A stretch of 64,000 nucleotides of DNA from Hemiscyllium ocellatum (taxonomy: Eukaryota), in assembly GCF_020745735.1 (NCBI RefSeq), contig NC_083409.1, positions 12,647,259 through 12,711,258 of the forward strand, written 5' to 3'. The notes beneath the pieces were generated by a model. That model worked only from the letters and a program-made list of their open reading frames with translations. It was not told the DNA's origin and made no database searches. Shown piece after piece: positions 1-12,779 of this stretch (positions within the stretch are counted from its first letter, which is position 1; the number at the start of each line of letters is the position of its first letter). The translations under genes and the position numbers were made by a program.

Positions 1-233
1 CTGCTCACAAAGGATGCTATCAGTTCCCCTCATTATCAAGACCCCTCTTTTCTTTATGCTCCCCCAATCTGAGTGGTCTCCTGGACCATGGTGCAGTGGT
101 TTCCTTCGTTCATTCATAGGAAATGGACATCTCTGGCCAAGCCAGCAATGACTGCCCGTAGGAGTCATCGAATCATAGAATCCATACCGTGTGAAACAGG
201 CCATTCAGACCAATCCAGGCTGCATCGGCCTGT

Positions 234-491
234 TCACTTTTGGTCACACCCTCCTGTCCCTGACCACTGGCCATAATTTGAAGTATTTAACCTACAAGGT
301 GTGACTGTCTCCCCAAACACAGTGTCCAGGTAACTCTCCCCCTCCCTGATGTGTCGCAGTGTTTGAAGCTCAGATTCCAGCTCATCAACTCTGAGCTGGA
401 GTGCCTTGAGCAACCAACACTTGCTGTAGATGTGGTCACTCTGAGCTACAATGGGCTCCACCACCTTCCCCATCGTGCAATTACTACACAT
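234..491 (-). mobile_element. CR1 LINE ORF1 fragment
   Basis: CSNCTM..SKCWLLKALQLRVDELESELQTLRHIREGESYLDTVFGETVTP: zinc finger/leucine zipper of CR1-type ORF1, also seen at 12129-12527. Confidence 0.75.
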
Positions 492-759
492 CGCCCGGCC
501 CTGTATGTGGGAATTATTTGAGGAGATTTTAATTTATATTTTAAAATTTGCTGCTGGTCTTTAGTTTTTAATCTGTAAAATATTTCCGTCCAGGAGACAG
601 AGAGGTGCCAGCACAGGAGGAGGCTGTTCAGCTCCTCGTGTCAATGCTAGCTGTTTACGAGCCTCAATGACAATGAACATCTCCATTGAATGTCTGTTGT
701 CAGGAAGTGATTGAGTCTGTTTTTAGAGACAGAATAACGGAATAATATGAACTGGTCCG

Positions 760-1325
760 AGAGAATCAGCATGGATTGACAAAGGTTCAGACATCTTTAA
801 CTAACCGGGTTACACTTTGCTAGGAGCTCACTAATGTGGGATATAAGGGAATGTCGATGGCTATTGTCAATAGGGAATTCCAAAAGACATTTAAGAATGT
901 TCCACAAAAGAAACATTGATTCAGATCTTACACTCCACAACCATCTGATGAAGGACCAGCGCTCCAAACGCTAATGCTTCCAAACAAACCTGTTGCATTA
1001 GAAGCTGGTGTTCTGTGATTTTTAACATTTACACGACAGTCCAACACCGGCATCTCCAAATCATGGAATTGGATGGAATTTGAGAAATGCATTTGCCTTG
1101 GGTCAGGAATGGGTCTGTCTAGGAGACAGAGAGGAAGGATAATGTGCATGTGTTCCAATGAGCCAGATGTGAGTAGTGGTATTCCCAGGGATCTGTGCTG
1201 GGACCTCAGCTTTTCACGATATTTCTCAATGACTTGGATGAAGAAACAGAGGGCCATATATCCAAGATTATTGATCACACTGAGTGAGGCAGCTTGGAGG
1301 AGGTCACAGAGATAGGGAGGGTGGA
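760..1325 (+). mobile_element. Degenerate CR1 RT fragment split by a pLTR at 928-1078
   Basis: Degenerate SGIPxGSVLGPQLFTIFLNDL motif at ~1175-1240. Confidence 0.65.
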
Positions 1326-2269
1326 AGAACAGGGAGCAGATTGAGAACAAGGATGAGAATTTGAAAATCGAGGTGTTGCTGGACCAGGAGCTTATGTCAG
1401 TCAGTGAGGATTGTGATGGTCATGGTGGGGTGGGGAGGCGTGGGCAGGGGTATGGGGTGGACTTGGTGTGAGTTTGAACACAGACAGCAGAGTTTGGGAT
1501 GAGCTGATGTTTAAGGAAGCCAGTGGCTGTGATGTGGGCCTGGACAACATTGGAATGGTCACAAAAACATGGTTGAGATTTTCAGTGGCTGATAATTGTG
1601 ATGTGTAGGATTTGGGCCTCAAATCAGCCCCAAAGATGAGGCCAAAGTTGTGAAGAGTCTGGTTGAGCAGCAGATAGTACTCAGGGAGAGGGATGGAGCT
1701 TGTATCAGGAGCTGAAGAGGATGGCTTTGATTCTGCCAATGTGTTTCCCAGTGAGCCTGGCTCCTCAGTCCTGACTGCTCTTAGCTGCTGTGATTGTCAC
1801 TGATTGGACACTTATTATTAGAGATTCTGACCACAGTAGAAAGCCCCAGTGTAAAAAATAATAATAAACGCAAAGACTGTCAGATCGTAAGGTTGAAACT
1901 TCACCAAGAGAGGAAGTGAAAGAAGGAGCTCGGAGCAGCTGGGTGTTTGTTACTGAGACGGGAGAAAACTGTAAACTGTCTGCACTCCCTGGAATCTGAC
2001 AACACAGGAGGAGGCAATTCAGCCCATCATGCCTTTGAATGACCCAGTAAATCCCACTGCTCCCCTCTCTCTCCCCATAACCCAGCAAATCTTTCCTTTA
2101 CAGCTCAATCTCCAATTCTCTCTTATAGACCTCATGTCCACAGAGTGAGACTGCCCTGAACCTGGGCTTCAAATTGGCATCTCATTCATTCATTGGGAGA
2201 CAAACTGCCTGGGCTGGGAAATGGAGTTCAGGATCCTGAACATTCCCTCTCCCCTCCTGAGGAACACTT

Positions 2270-4420
2270 CATTTGGTTTTGCATATTCACTTGTGGGAAG
2301 TGGGCTTCACCGGCTGGGCCAACATTTTTTACCCTGTCCCTAGTTGCCCTGGAGAAGGCGGTGGGAACCTGACTTTTTGACTATAGTCCACAAGACGTAA
2401 GTTGACCCACAATGCTGTTGGGGAGAGAATGCCAGCATTTTAACCCAGCAAGTCTGAGGGATCAGCGACATATTTCCAAGTCCGGATGCTAAGCTTTTTC
2501 GAGGGGAACTTGCAGTCACAGTGTTCCCATGTATCTGCTGCTCTTGTTCTAAATGGAAGTGAACGTGGGTTTGGAGGGAAACCAAAAGAACTGCAGATGC
2601 TGTAAATCTGAGACAAAAATAGAAAGTGCTGGAAAAGCTCAGCAGGTCTGGCAGCATCTGTGAAGAGAAATCAGAGTTAATATTTCATGCTCAACCCGAA
2701 ATGTAAATTCTGATTTCTCTCCAAGATGCTGCCAGACCTGCTAAGCTTTTCCTGCAATTTCTATTTTTGTCCATGGGTTTGGAAGGTGCTATCTGAAGAT
2801 CAGTGATGAATTTCTGCAGTGCATCTTATCAATAATACACACTGCTGCTATGGAGCGTCAGTGACGGTGAGTTTGGATGTTTTGAGAATGCGATGCCAAT
2901 CAAGGAGTTTGCTTTGCTCTGGATGGTATCAAGCTTTTTGAGTGGATAAGAAAGACATAGGATACAATCGACATAGATAGGAAAGGTTTCAAGGGATATG
3001 TGTGAAATGCAGGCAAATAAGATGATTTCACTTCAGAAAACCTGGTCAGCATGTAGAAGTTTGGCTTAAGGGTTTGTTTCTGTGCTGTATGACTCTGTGA
3101 CACTATCAATCTATGAATGTTGTTGGAGCTGCACCTGTCCAGGCAAGTGGGGAGTATTTGCTCACACTTCTGATTGATGACAGGCTTTGGGGGATCAGGA
3201 GGTGAATTACTGGATGCAGTATTCCTAGCCTCTAACTTGCTCTTGTAACCACTGTGTTTCTTTGGTGAATCCAGTTGTGTTTCTGGTCAATGGCACCTCA
3301 AGAATGTTGATAGTGGGGATTCAGTGATGGTAATAGCATGGATTGTCAAGGGGCGATGTTAAGTTTGTCTCTTATTGGTGATGGTGATTGGCTGGCATTT
3401 GCATGGCACCAATGGGAAATGTCACTTCTCAGACAAAACCTGGATATTGTCCAGATATTGTTGCATTTGCATGTGGACTGCTTCAGTATCTGTGGAGTTG
3501 AGAAGAGTGCTGAGCATTATGCAATCTTTGGCAATCATCCCCATTTACAAGTTTGCCTTGAGTTGCAATATCTGTTCGGAGTCTGTCCTATTTAGCACGG
3601 TGATAGTACCACACAACACAATGGAGGGGATTCTCAATGTGAAGGTCAGACTTTGTTTCCACAAGGACTGTGTGCTGGTCACTCTTACCAATACTGTCAA
3701 GGATAGATGCACCTACAGCCACAAGATTGGTGAGGATGGGGTCAAGCATCTTTATCCATCTTTTTGGTTCCAGCTGCACAGCCAGTCCCTCAGCTACATC
3801 CATGAGGAACCAACCAGCTCGATCAGTAATGCTGCTGCCGAGCCACTCTCAGTGGTGGACATTGAAACCCCCCATCCAGAGTACACTCTCTGCTGTCATC
3901 ACCCTCAGTGCTTCCTCTAAATGTTGTTCAACATCCAGGAGAGACTGATTCATCAGCTGAGGGAGCAAGATACCTTGTAATCACCAGGAGGTTTCCACGC
4001 CCATGTTTAACCTGGTGTCATGAGGTCCAGAGCCAACTTTGAGACTTCCCAGGGTAACTCCCTTCTGGCTGTAGACCACTGTGTCATCAGCTCTGCTGGG
4101 TCTGCCTTTCTGGTGGGACAGGACACATGCAGGGACAGTGATGGCAGTGTCTGGGACATTGTCTGTATGGTTCTGTGAGTATGACAGTGTCAGGCTGTTG
4201 CTTGAGTCATCTGTGAGACAGCTCTCCTGAATTTGGCACTAGCTCCCAGATGTCAGTAAGGAGGATGGAGCAGGGTAGACAGGGCTGTTTCTGTCATTGT
4301 CTTTTCGGTGTCTAGATCGATGCCTGTGGTCCGTCCGGTCTCATTTCTTTGTTGGAACATTGTCATAATTGATACAACTGAGAGCCTTGCGCGGCCATTT
4401 CAGAGGGCACTAGAGAGTCA
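2270..4420 (-). mobile_element. Degenerate non-LTR retrotransposon (APE endonuclease and RT end), clade not assigned
   Basis: Minus strand resembles HRxDRP..GGTVVY..NLLVIT.Y..PSADESV..LEEALRV..VLWxGxFNVHH (APE domain), with RT C-terminal and tail sequence toward 2270. Confidence 0.65.
2579..2773. mobile_element. Penelope-derived fold-back insertion
   Basis: Inverted pLTR arms; TSD TGGGTTTGGA(G/A)GG at 2566-2578 and 2774-2786. Confidence 0.75.
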
Positions 4421-5269
4421 ACCACATTGCTAGAGGACAGTGCCGTGTACCCCGGCAGTACATTCCGACCTCCCCCACTTCCCCATTTTGTATATGGAAG
4501 GCGGAAGCCTGCCAGCAGGATATTCAACCGCAGGAGCTATCACAGCCCGTGTGCAATTCTGTCCCCACATTAAATCCACACAAATCCTGAATTCACATAA
4601 CTCCTTCGATGTCCAAACATTCCAAGAATGTTCACAAAGTTGCAGTAAGAGGGATGGGGGAGGGGGTGGAGGAACATAAGAACTAGGAGCAGGAGCAGGC
4701 AATTCAGCCCCTCGAGCCCACTCCACCATTTAATACAATCATGGCTGATCACATCTCAGACTCAACTCCACTTTCCTGCCCACTCTCCATCATCCTTTAA
4801 CCCATTACCCATTAAATATCTGTCCATCTCCTCCTTGGTGTGAGACAGGGAAGGGACCACTCCATTTCAGAAAAGACTGACCATGGAAGGGGAAGGAGAG
4901 GGGAAGGGATTGGAACATGTTGTGAATGGACAGGATGGGTCAGTGGTCAGAGCCTGTCCTGTGCCTCCAACTCACACTGATGATCTGAGGATCTCCTCTC
5001 TCTGCTAGGCCTTCATGGAATGAGGTTTGTGTCCAAATCAGTCCCCAGTGAGAATAGGCCAACAGCACAGAACAGCACAGAACTGCCCTTCATTTGACCA
5101 GAATCTGTCCATCTTCGTGAGAGAGGCCAAACCCTGGTCAACGTGGAAATAGGGTCTTACTCAAGGAGAAGACAGGGGTCAAAGGTTAACATCCATTAGT
5201 GGGGCAAAGCAGAGGGAGATTTATCCTGCATTCAACTGTCACCACCCAGGACACTGTCAGAAAGAGAGA

Positions 5270-5299
5270 GCAGTGAGACAGAGAGAGATGGAGGGAAAA

Positions 5300-5346
<47 letters not shown>

Positions 5347-5960
5347 AAGAAAGAAAGAAAGTGAGAGAGAGAGATAGAGGGACGAGCATCTGATACGGTG
5401 TAAGATATGTGAGGGGACCGAGAGAGGTAGAGGGAGGTAGAAATGGTGAGGTTGAGGGATAGAGAGAGAAAAACAAGATGTGAGACAGTGTGACTGAGAG
5501 GGATGGAGAGAGACAAAGAGACAAGGAGAGAGAGAGAGAAAGAGACAGGATGGGTGTGAGACTAAGCATGAAGAGAGTTGAGAGGGAGGGTAGGGTTGAT
5601 TGTGAGAGAAAGAGAGATGAGTATGGGTAGATTTATAATGACAGAGAGAGGGGGAGAGAGACTGTAAATTGGAAGATAGAGAGGGAGGGAGAGAGAAAGA
5701 GGGAGGAATAGAGAGTGACAGGTAACAATTGGAGGCTGAGTGAGAGAGGGAGCGAGTAACAGAGACAGTGAGAGATGGCGAAACAGATGATAAGATGTAG
5801 TCAGAAAGCATCGTGAGTTGGAGAACGTGGCTATGAGACAGAGCGCGTGTGTGTGTGTGAGAGAGAGAGGGAGAGAACATGAAAGAGATTAACATTAGGA
5901 GAGAGAGATAGAGGTAGAGAGAAAGAAATGGCAGATGTGAGTCAGAGAGAGAGGGACAAG
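5270..5960. repeat. (TG)18 microsatellite (5302-5337) within a long GA-rich tract
   Basis: Directly visible; explains the spurious Ser/Leu-rich ORFs at 5186-6129. Confidence 0.95.
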
Positions 5961-7043
5961 TCCTGGTCACCACACTCTGGGAAGAATGTGATGGTACCTG
6001 AGAGGGTACAGGGGAGATTTTCCAGGATGCTGCCTGAATGTGAGCTTTGAGCAGTGAAGGCTCAAAAGGGACCTGATAGAGAGGGATAAGATTATTCAGG
6101 ACAGTGATAGGGTGGGTAGGATGGCACATTTTACATCAGTAAAGGACTTCATAATCTGGTACAGAGATTGAAGGTAACACAGACATGGACACGTAGAAAC
6201 TTGGAGCAGCAGTAGGCCATTCGGCCCTTTGATTCTGCTCTGTCATTCAGTATGATCATGGCTGTATCAAGTTTTGAATGTCATCATTTTTTTGAGGGTC
6301 GGTGTGGACTAGTCGGGCCAAATGGCCTGTTTCCACACTGTAGGCATTCTAAGATCTATGTCTGATCCTCTCTCTCAAAGCCATATTCCTGCCTTCTCCC
6401 CATTCTCTTCAAGCTGTTAAAATGCAAAACAATTATCTCTCTCTTTTACTTGAATGTATTCAGTTCCTTGTCCTCCACAGCCTTCAGTGGTAGAGAATTC
6501 CACAGGTTGACCACCCTCTGAGTGAAGAAATGTTTCCTCATCTCAGTCCGAAATGGTCAACCCTGTATCCCCCTGAGCCTGTGTCCCCTGGTTCCAGACT
6601 CCCAACCAGGGGAAACCTCCTCCCTGCCCAGCCCAGTTACAATTTTATATGTTTTAATCAGATCCCCTCTCATCGTTCTGAACACGAGTGACTCCATGGC
6701 CAGGCGAGTTGGAGAGTGGGAGGAGAGTTGAGAAGAAATGTTTTCACCCAGAGGGTGGTGAGAGTCTGAACCTCACTGCCTGAAAGGCTGGTTGAGTCAG
6801 AAACTCTCGTGACAATTGGAGCAGTGTTTAGATATTCCCTTGTGTTGCTGTAGCCTCCAGGGTAATGGGCCAAGAGCTGGAGGATGGGATTAGTGTCATC
6901 AGATCTTTGTTTACCAGCACAGACACAATGGGCCAAATGGCCTCATTCAGTGCTGTTCACATCAATGACTCTGAGACAGAGAGAGTGAGATAGAAAGAGA
7001 GAGAAGAGGAAGTGTGAGGATGTGGCTCTCTCTGCCTGATGCC

Positions 7044-7097
7044 ATTTACATACTGAGGAACACCCAGTCAGACTCTCACAGGCTGCAGCTTTATAAA
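7044..7097 (+). promoter_or_regulatory. Ig VL promoter: octamer-like ATTTACAT (7044-7051) and TATAAA (7092-7097)
   Basis: One mismatch to the Ig octamer ATTTGCAT, 40 nt upstream of a TATA box and ~110 nt upstream of the leader ATG; typical light-chain V promoter layout. Confidence 0.75.
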
Positions 7098-7157
7098 GCA
7101 GAGCCCAGTGAAGGGAGAGTTTATCAGGAACCAGGCACAGGGACAGGAGCACACACC

Positions 7158-7206
7158 ATGATTTCACACATCCAGCTGATCTGGCTCCTGGCATTCTGTG
7201 TCGCAG
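7158..7206 (+). CDS. IGKV: Ig kappa-type light chain exon 1 (leader)
   Basis: ATG at 7158 encodes MISHIQLIWLLAFCVA+G, a hydrophobic signal peptide; phase-1 donor G|GTACAA at 7207; intron 7207-7392 ends in a pyrimidine tract and CAG. Confidence 0.93.
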
Positions 7207-7392
7207 GTACAAATCTCTCTCCTTCCACCTTGAATCTTTCGCTGTTCTCCATTTCACTCCAATTCCACTGACTTGTGATTGATGGGAAAATGCTGAAACC
7301 AGAGGAATGCTCAGTGTCTCCAACAATCTCTCATTTGACCGGCTCTTTCTGTGACAGTTCTGACTTCACTGTGTTTCTCTCTGACCCCTCAG

Positions 7393-7716
7393 GTATCAAT
7401 GGGGACATCATCATGACCCAGTCTCCCCCGGTGCTGTCAGTGGGACTGGGCCAGACCGCAACACTCACCTGTACGGCCAGTCAATATGTTAGCAACTATG
7501 TTAACTGGTACCAGCAGCGAAAAGGTCAGAAACCCTCTCTCCTGATCTACAGTGCAGCAACTCGATACACAGGAGTCTCGGAGCGATTCACCGGCAGTGG
7601 ATCAGGGACCAGTTACACCCTGACAATCAGCAACGTTCAGAATGAAGATGTCGCTGATTATTACTGTCAGCAGTATTACAGCTGGTCGTTCGGTAAAGGA
7701 ACCAAGCTCAGACTGA
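7393..7716 (+). CDS. IGKV: Ig kappa-type light chain exon 2: leader end plus pre-joined V-J
   Basis: (G)[73 protein letters not shown]. All V-set hallmarks (both Cys, Trp, DxAxYYC) run straight into FGxG of J. Canonical phase-1 donor A|GTAAGT at 7717. Confidence 0.97.
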
Positions 7717-8567
7717 GTAAGTAAACCTCAATCCTCTGTTATTAACCCTGTCAATACTGAAACACACTTTCTAAAATACAGTTACTGATTTGTTGAAGGT
7801 GTTAGTGGGGAGCTGCAGTGAATGAAATGGTTGATTGAGGAGCACTGTGTCTAACAGGGTGTCCAGCTGTATTTCTTTACTTTCATGCCCTCTTTAAAAA
7901 AAGCAAGATATAAGTCAGTCAGTTTTACTCACCGTGTGGAGGAGCTCTGTCCATTTGCAGCCTGTGGTCCCATTCCTGCAGCATGGAGTGAAATCAGTGA
8001 GTAGCCTCCTGCCAGTCTCAGTGTGACGGACACGGGCAGAGTTTGATGTGAGCTCTGGTTCCCTGTCCCAGTCTCTGATCTCACTGACCTCAGCAGCAGC
8101 TGCAGCAGCAGCAGCACAGTGAGACACCGAGCTCCCACCTCCCTCAGCTTTAACTCTGCTCAATCACACAATCACAGAATTGTTACAGTGCACAAGGAGG
8201 CCATTCCGTCCATCCTGTCTGGACTAGCTCTCCGAATGAGCAATTCACTGAGTGTCATTCTCCTGCCTTCTCCCTGTCACCCTGCACATTGTTCCTTTTC
8301 AGATAACAGTCTCATTCCCTTCGGAATGTTTCAATTGAAGCTGCCTCCACCACACTCTCAGGCAGTGCATTCCACACCTTAACCACCCACTGGCTGAAAA
8401 TGTTTTCCCTCATCTCACTTTTCTTACTTTTCCAATTACTTTCAATCTGTGGCCTCTCGGTCTCAATCCTTTCACAAGTGGAATCATTTTCTCCCTATTT
8501 ACTCTGTTCCAGGCCCCTCCTGATTTTGAATTTCTGGAACAATTCTCCTCGCTGCCTTCTCCAAAGA

Positions 8568-8769
8568 CTTGAAGGTGCCGGTGTTGGACTGGGGTGGACA
8601 AAGTTAAAAATCACACAACACCAGGTTATAGTCCAACAGGGGGTTTATTTGGAAGCACTAGCTTTCGGAGCGCCCCTCCTTCATCAAATGGTTGTCAGCG
8701 GCGTTCCGAAAGCTAGTGCTTCCACATTAACCTGTTGGACTATAACCTGATGTTGTGTGATCTGTAACT
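8568..8769. mobile_element. Penelope-derived fold-back insertion (second pLTR family; related sequence at 928-1078)
   Basis: Roughly 70-bp inverted arms; TSD TTCTCCAAAGA at 8557-8567 and 8770-8780. Confidence 0.75.
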
Positions 8770-9660
8770 TTCTCCAAAGAAGACAGTCCCAAATTCTCCA
8801 ATGTATCTTCATAACTGATATTCCTCATCCCTGGAATGATCTTTGTGCATATGTTTACCAGCTCTACAAAACATTCACCTCCTTCCTGCATTATTCACAT
8901 TATTTATGTCCCTCATGATTTTATAAACCTCTATAAGGTCACTCCTCAGCCTCCGGCACTTCAGGGTAAAAGGTCTCAGCTTTTCCAGCCTCTAATGGTC
9001 ACGGAGTCACACAGCGTGGAAACAGATCTTTCAGTCTAACTTCTCCATGCTAACTAGATATCCAAAACTGACTTCAACCCATTTGCCAGCATTTAGCCCA
9101 CATCCCTCTAAACCCTTCCTATTCATGTACCCATCCAAACATCTTTTAAATGTTATAATTGTATCCGTCTCCAGCACTTTCTCTGACAGCTCGATCCGTA
9201 CACACACCACCCTCTGTGTGACAAGTTACCCCTCAGGTCCCTTTTGGATCTTTTGCCTCTCATCTTAAACCTATACCCTCTAGTTTTGGATTCCCTTTCC
9301 CAAGGCAAAGACCTGGGATATACACCCTGTCCATGCCCGTCATGATTTTATAAACATCTATAAGGCCACCCCTCAGTCTCCGATCCTGCAGGAAAAATAA
9401 CCCGTCTATTGAGCCTCTTCCGACAGCTCAAACCCTCCAGTTCCAGGCAACATCCATGTAAATCTTTTCTGCAGAATTTTAAGTTTAACAGCATCCTTCC
9501 TATCACAGGATGATCAGAATTGTTCACATTATTCCCAAAGTAGCCTCACCAATTTCCTGTACAGCTGCAAATGATGTCCCAACTCTGATACTTAGTGCAG
9601 TGACCAATAAAGGCAAGTGTACCCAACATCTTCTTCATCTCCCTGTCTCCCTGTGACTTC

Positions 9661-9831
9661 NNNNNNNNNNNNNNNNNNNNNNNNNNNNNNNNNNNNNNNN
9701 NNNNNNNNNNNNNNNNNNNNNNNNNNNNNNNNNNNNNNNNNNNNNNNNNNNNNNNNNNNNNNNNNNNNNNNNNNNNNNNNNNNNNNNNNNNNNNNNNNNN
9801 NNNNNNNNNNNNNNNNNNNNNNNNNNNNNNN
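9661..9831. other. Assembly gap (171 N)
   Basis: Run of n inside a CR1 copy. Confidence 1.
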
Positions 9832-9944
9832 TGTTGAGCAACACCCCACAGGGCCCCACCATTAACAGTATAACTCCTGCCCTGGTTTGATTTTCCAAAA
9901 TGCAACATCTCACATTTATCTAAATTGAACTCCATTTGTCACAC

Positions 9945-10156
9945 GTTTAGATCAGAGCGGTGCTGGAAAAGCACAGCAGGTCAGGCAACATCCGAGGAGC
10001 AGGAAAATCGACGTTTCGGGCAAAAGTCCTTCATCAGGATTCCTCTAGCCGAAACATCAATTTTTCTGCTCCTCGGATGCTGCCTGACATGCTGTGCTTT
10101 TCCAGCACCACTCTGATCTAAACTCTGGTTTCCAGCATCTGCAGTCTGCACTTTTG
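9945..10156. mobile_element. Penelope-derived fold-back insertion in CR1
   Basis: Inverted arms; TSD TCCATTTG(T/C)CACAC at 9931-9944 and 10157-10170. Confidence 0.8.
10006..10041 (-). ncRNA. Minimal hammerhead ribozyme motif in a fold-back insertion
   Basis: AATC-CTGATGA-A-GGAC(TTTT)GCCC-GAAA-C-GTC-GATT: 4-bp stem I, intact core, one mismatch in stem II. Confidence 0.65.
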
Positions 10157-12779
10157 TCCATTTGCCACACCTCTGCCCATTTCCCCAAATGATCAAGGTC
10201 CCACTGTACTCTCAGATAAGCTTCTTCACTATCCACTGTACCACCAATTTTGGTGTCATTTACAAACTCGCCATAATTCCTATATTCACATCCAAATCAT
10301 TTATTTAAATGATGAAAAGCCATGGACCCAGCACCAATCCTTGTGGCACACAGCTGACATCTGATCTCCAGTCTGAAAAGCAACCCCTTACCACCACTCT
10401 CTGTCTCCTATCTTGAAGCCATTTTTTTACCCAAATGGCTAGCTCCCCCTGGATCCCATGTGGCCTAACCTTCCTAATCAGTCTATCATGTGGAACCTTG
10501 TCAAATGCTGAAGTCCATATAGACAGTGTCTACTGTTCTGCCTACCCCAATCTTCTCTTCAAACAACCTCAATCACGTTAGTGAGACATGATTACCATGC
10601 ACAAAACTGCATTGATTGTCCAAATGCATGCAAATCCTGTTCCTCAGAATTCACTCCAATAACTTACCCAGCAATGACATCAGTCCCACTGGTTTATAGT
10701 TCCCTGGCTTTTCCTTAAACAATGGCTAACATTAGCCAACCTCTCTGGTTCTCCAGAACCTCACTCATGGCGGTCAATCAGAAACATACCTCAGCAAGGG
10801 ATCCAGCCATCTCTTTCCTAGCTTTCCACAATGTCCTGGGATACACCTGATCAGGTCCTGGAGATTTATCTACCGTCTTGCACTTTAAGAAATCCTCTTC
10901 TGTAATGTCTTTCTCCATGATAAATACTGACCTGGAATATTCATTTAAGACCTAAACCATTTCCTGTGGATCCACCCAGAGGTACATTGTTCATCTTCAT
11001 GGGGCCCTATTCTCTCTCTAGTTACTCTTTTGCCCTTTTCTTATTTACCATAATTCTACCACTTTTGCCCTTGAGTAAGTTCAGGAATTGTTTGCCCTCC
11101 TTCAAATGTATCTCGAATATACCTGGTCCACATCCTCTACTATTCTTTTCAGGACTTTCCTGCCAACCTTTGATCCCACTTTATTTGGATCCGTTACATC
11201 CATATCCTACAGAAGCTGGCATTTTCCCCAGTGAAGATGTTTGACCCTGAAAAGGCCTTTGTTCTTTTCTACCATCACCTTCAACTTTGTGATACAATGA
11301 TCACTCTTCCTTAAGTGTCCTCTCACAGACACTTGATCCACTTGGGCCTCCTCATTCCCAAGATCCAGATCTAGCAGAGCCTCCTTTCTGGACTGGAAAC
11401 ATGCAGCTGGAGAAAATTCACATGAACACACTCTCACGACCCTGGCCCCTCTCTGTCCTTCACACTGCTACTACCCCAGTCTATATTCAGAAATTAAAGA
11501 CATTCCCCCCCCCCCCCCAACCCCATTTATAATGACTATTACATTTGCAGGTCTCTGTAAATTCCTTGCAAATGTATTCCTCTAAATCTTTCCCACTGGC
11601 TGGTGACTTATTGACTGCACTGATGATTCTGTAGATCTTGGTGCTCCTCTCTGGTATTACTTCCTGACTCCCACAGCCCTGCCAAGTTAGTTTAAACCCT
11701 CTCCAACAGCACGAGTAGATCACCTCAAAGGAGCTCAGTGCCAGCTCTGTTCAGGAGCAACGCTGTCTGGTCTATCCAGGTCCCATCTCCCCCAGACGCA
11801 GTCCCAATGTCACAAGAATCTAAAACCCTCCCTCCTGGATCCTCTTTCCAGCCCCACAGTCACTTGTGTTATCCTCCTGCTCCTCTTGTCACTTGCCTGG
11901 GGCACTGGGAGTAATCTGAAGATTCCTACTTTTGAGTTCCTGATGTTAATTCCCTTCTGAGCTCCCTAAATTCTGACAGCAGGACTACATCCCCTTTCTC
12001 CCTCTGTCACTGGGACCGATGTGGACCACGACTGCTGCCTGTTCCCCCTCTCCCCTCAGGGTGCTCTGCAGTCGCTCAGTGACATCCTTCACCCTGGCAC
12101 CAGGGAGACAACACACCATCCTGGCTTCTCATCTGCAGCTGCAGAAACACCTATCGATGCCCTCACTCTCGAATCTCCTTTCATGATCAGTCTTCCAGTC
12201 TTCCTTATACCCCCCTCCCCCCAATACAGCTGAGCCCCCAGTGGTGCCATGGGTTTGGCTCTGGATGCACTCCCCAGATGAACCATCATTCTCATCAGGA
12301 TTCCAAACTGAATCCTGGTTGGAGAGTGGGATACATTCAGGGGATTCCTGTACTAGCTGCCTGGTCCTTTTGGACTGGCTGCTGCTCCCCCATTCCCTGT
12401 CTCCCTGCATACTCTGAAGCTGCAGAGTGACCACATCTAGAAATGTGCTCTCCACGGAGCTCTCAGCCTCACGGACGCTCCTCACTGACACCAGCTGCTG
12501 CTCAAGCTCCGAAATCCGGAGCTCCAACTGCTGTCACTGACCACACTTCCTGCACTCATGGTATTCCAGGAACTGGGAAGCATTCTGAAATTCCCACATG
12601 GATGCACACTTTCTCCACTCTTTGGTTGTCTCTGGGCAAAGTTCTAATGACAAACAGCTCCAGCAGGGCTCACAGTCCAGTGGGTTCAGTGTTCCAGGAT
12701 TTTGGGAAAACTCTCCAGAAGTCTTTACGAAATAGGAGCAGAAATCAGCCAATCAGCCCATTGAATCTGCTCTGCCATT

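Larger units (their letters stand above)
9040..12720 (-). mobile_element. Fragmented CR1 LINE (ORF1, APE, RT and 3' pieces)
   Basis: ORF1 12129-12527; APE DLDLGNEE..DHC 11207-11437; RT MEFNLDKCEMLHFG; interrupted by the N gap and a fold-back insertion. Confidence 0.8.

Noticed and set aside
5186-6129. Long ORFs of up to 290 aa
   Set aside because: Artefacts of GA/TG microsatellite sequence (Ser/Leu/His/Thr runs).
8115-8121. Perfect heptamer CACAGTG in the J-C intron, reminiscent of the mammalian kappa intron RSS
   Set aside because: No nonamer at 12 or 23 nt; a 7-mer is expected by chance several times in 64 kb.
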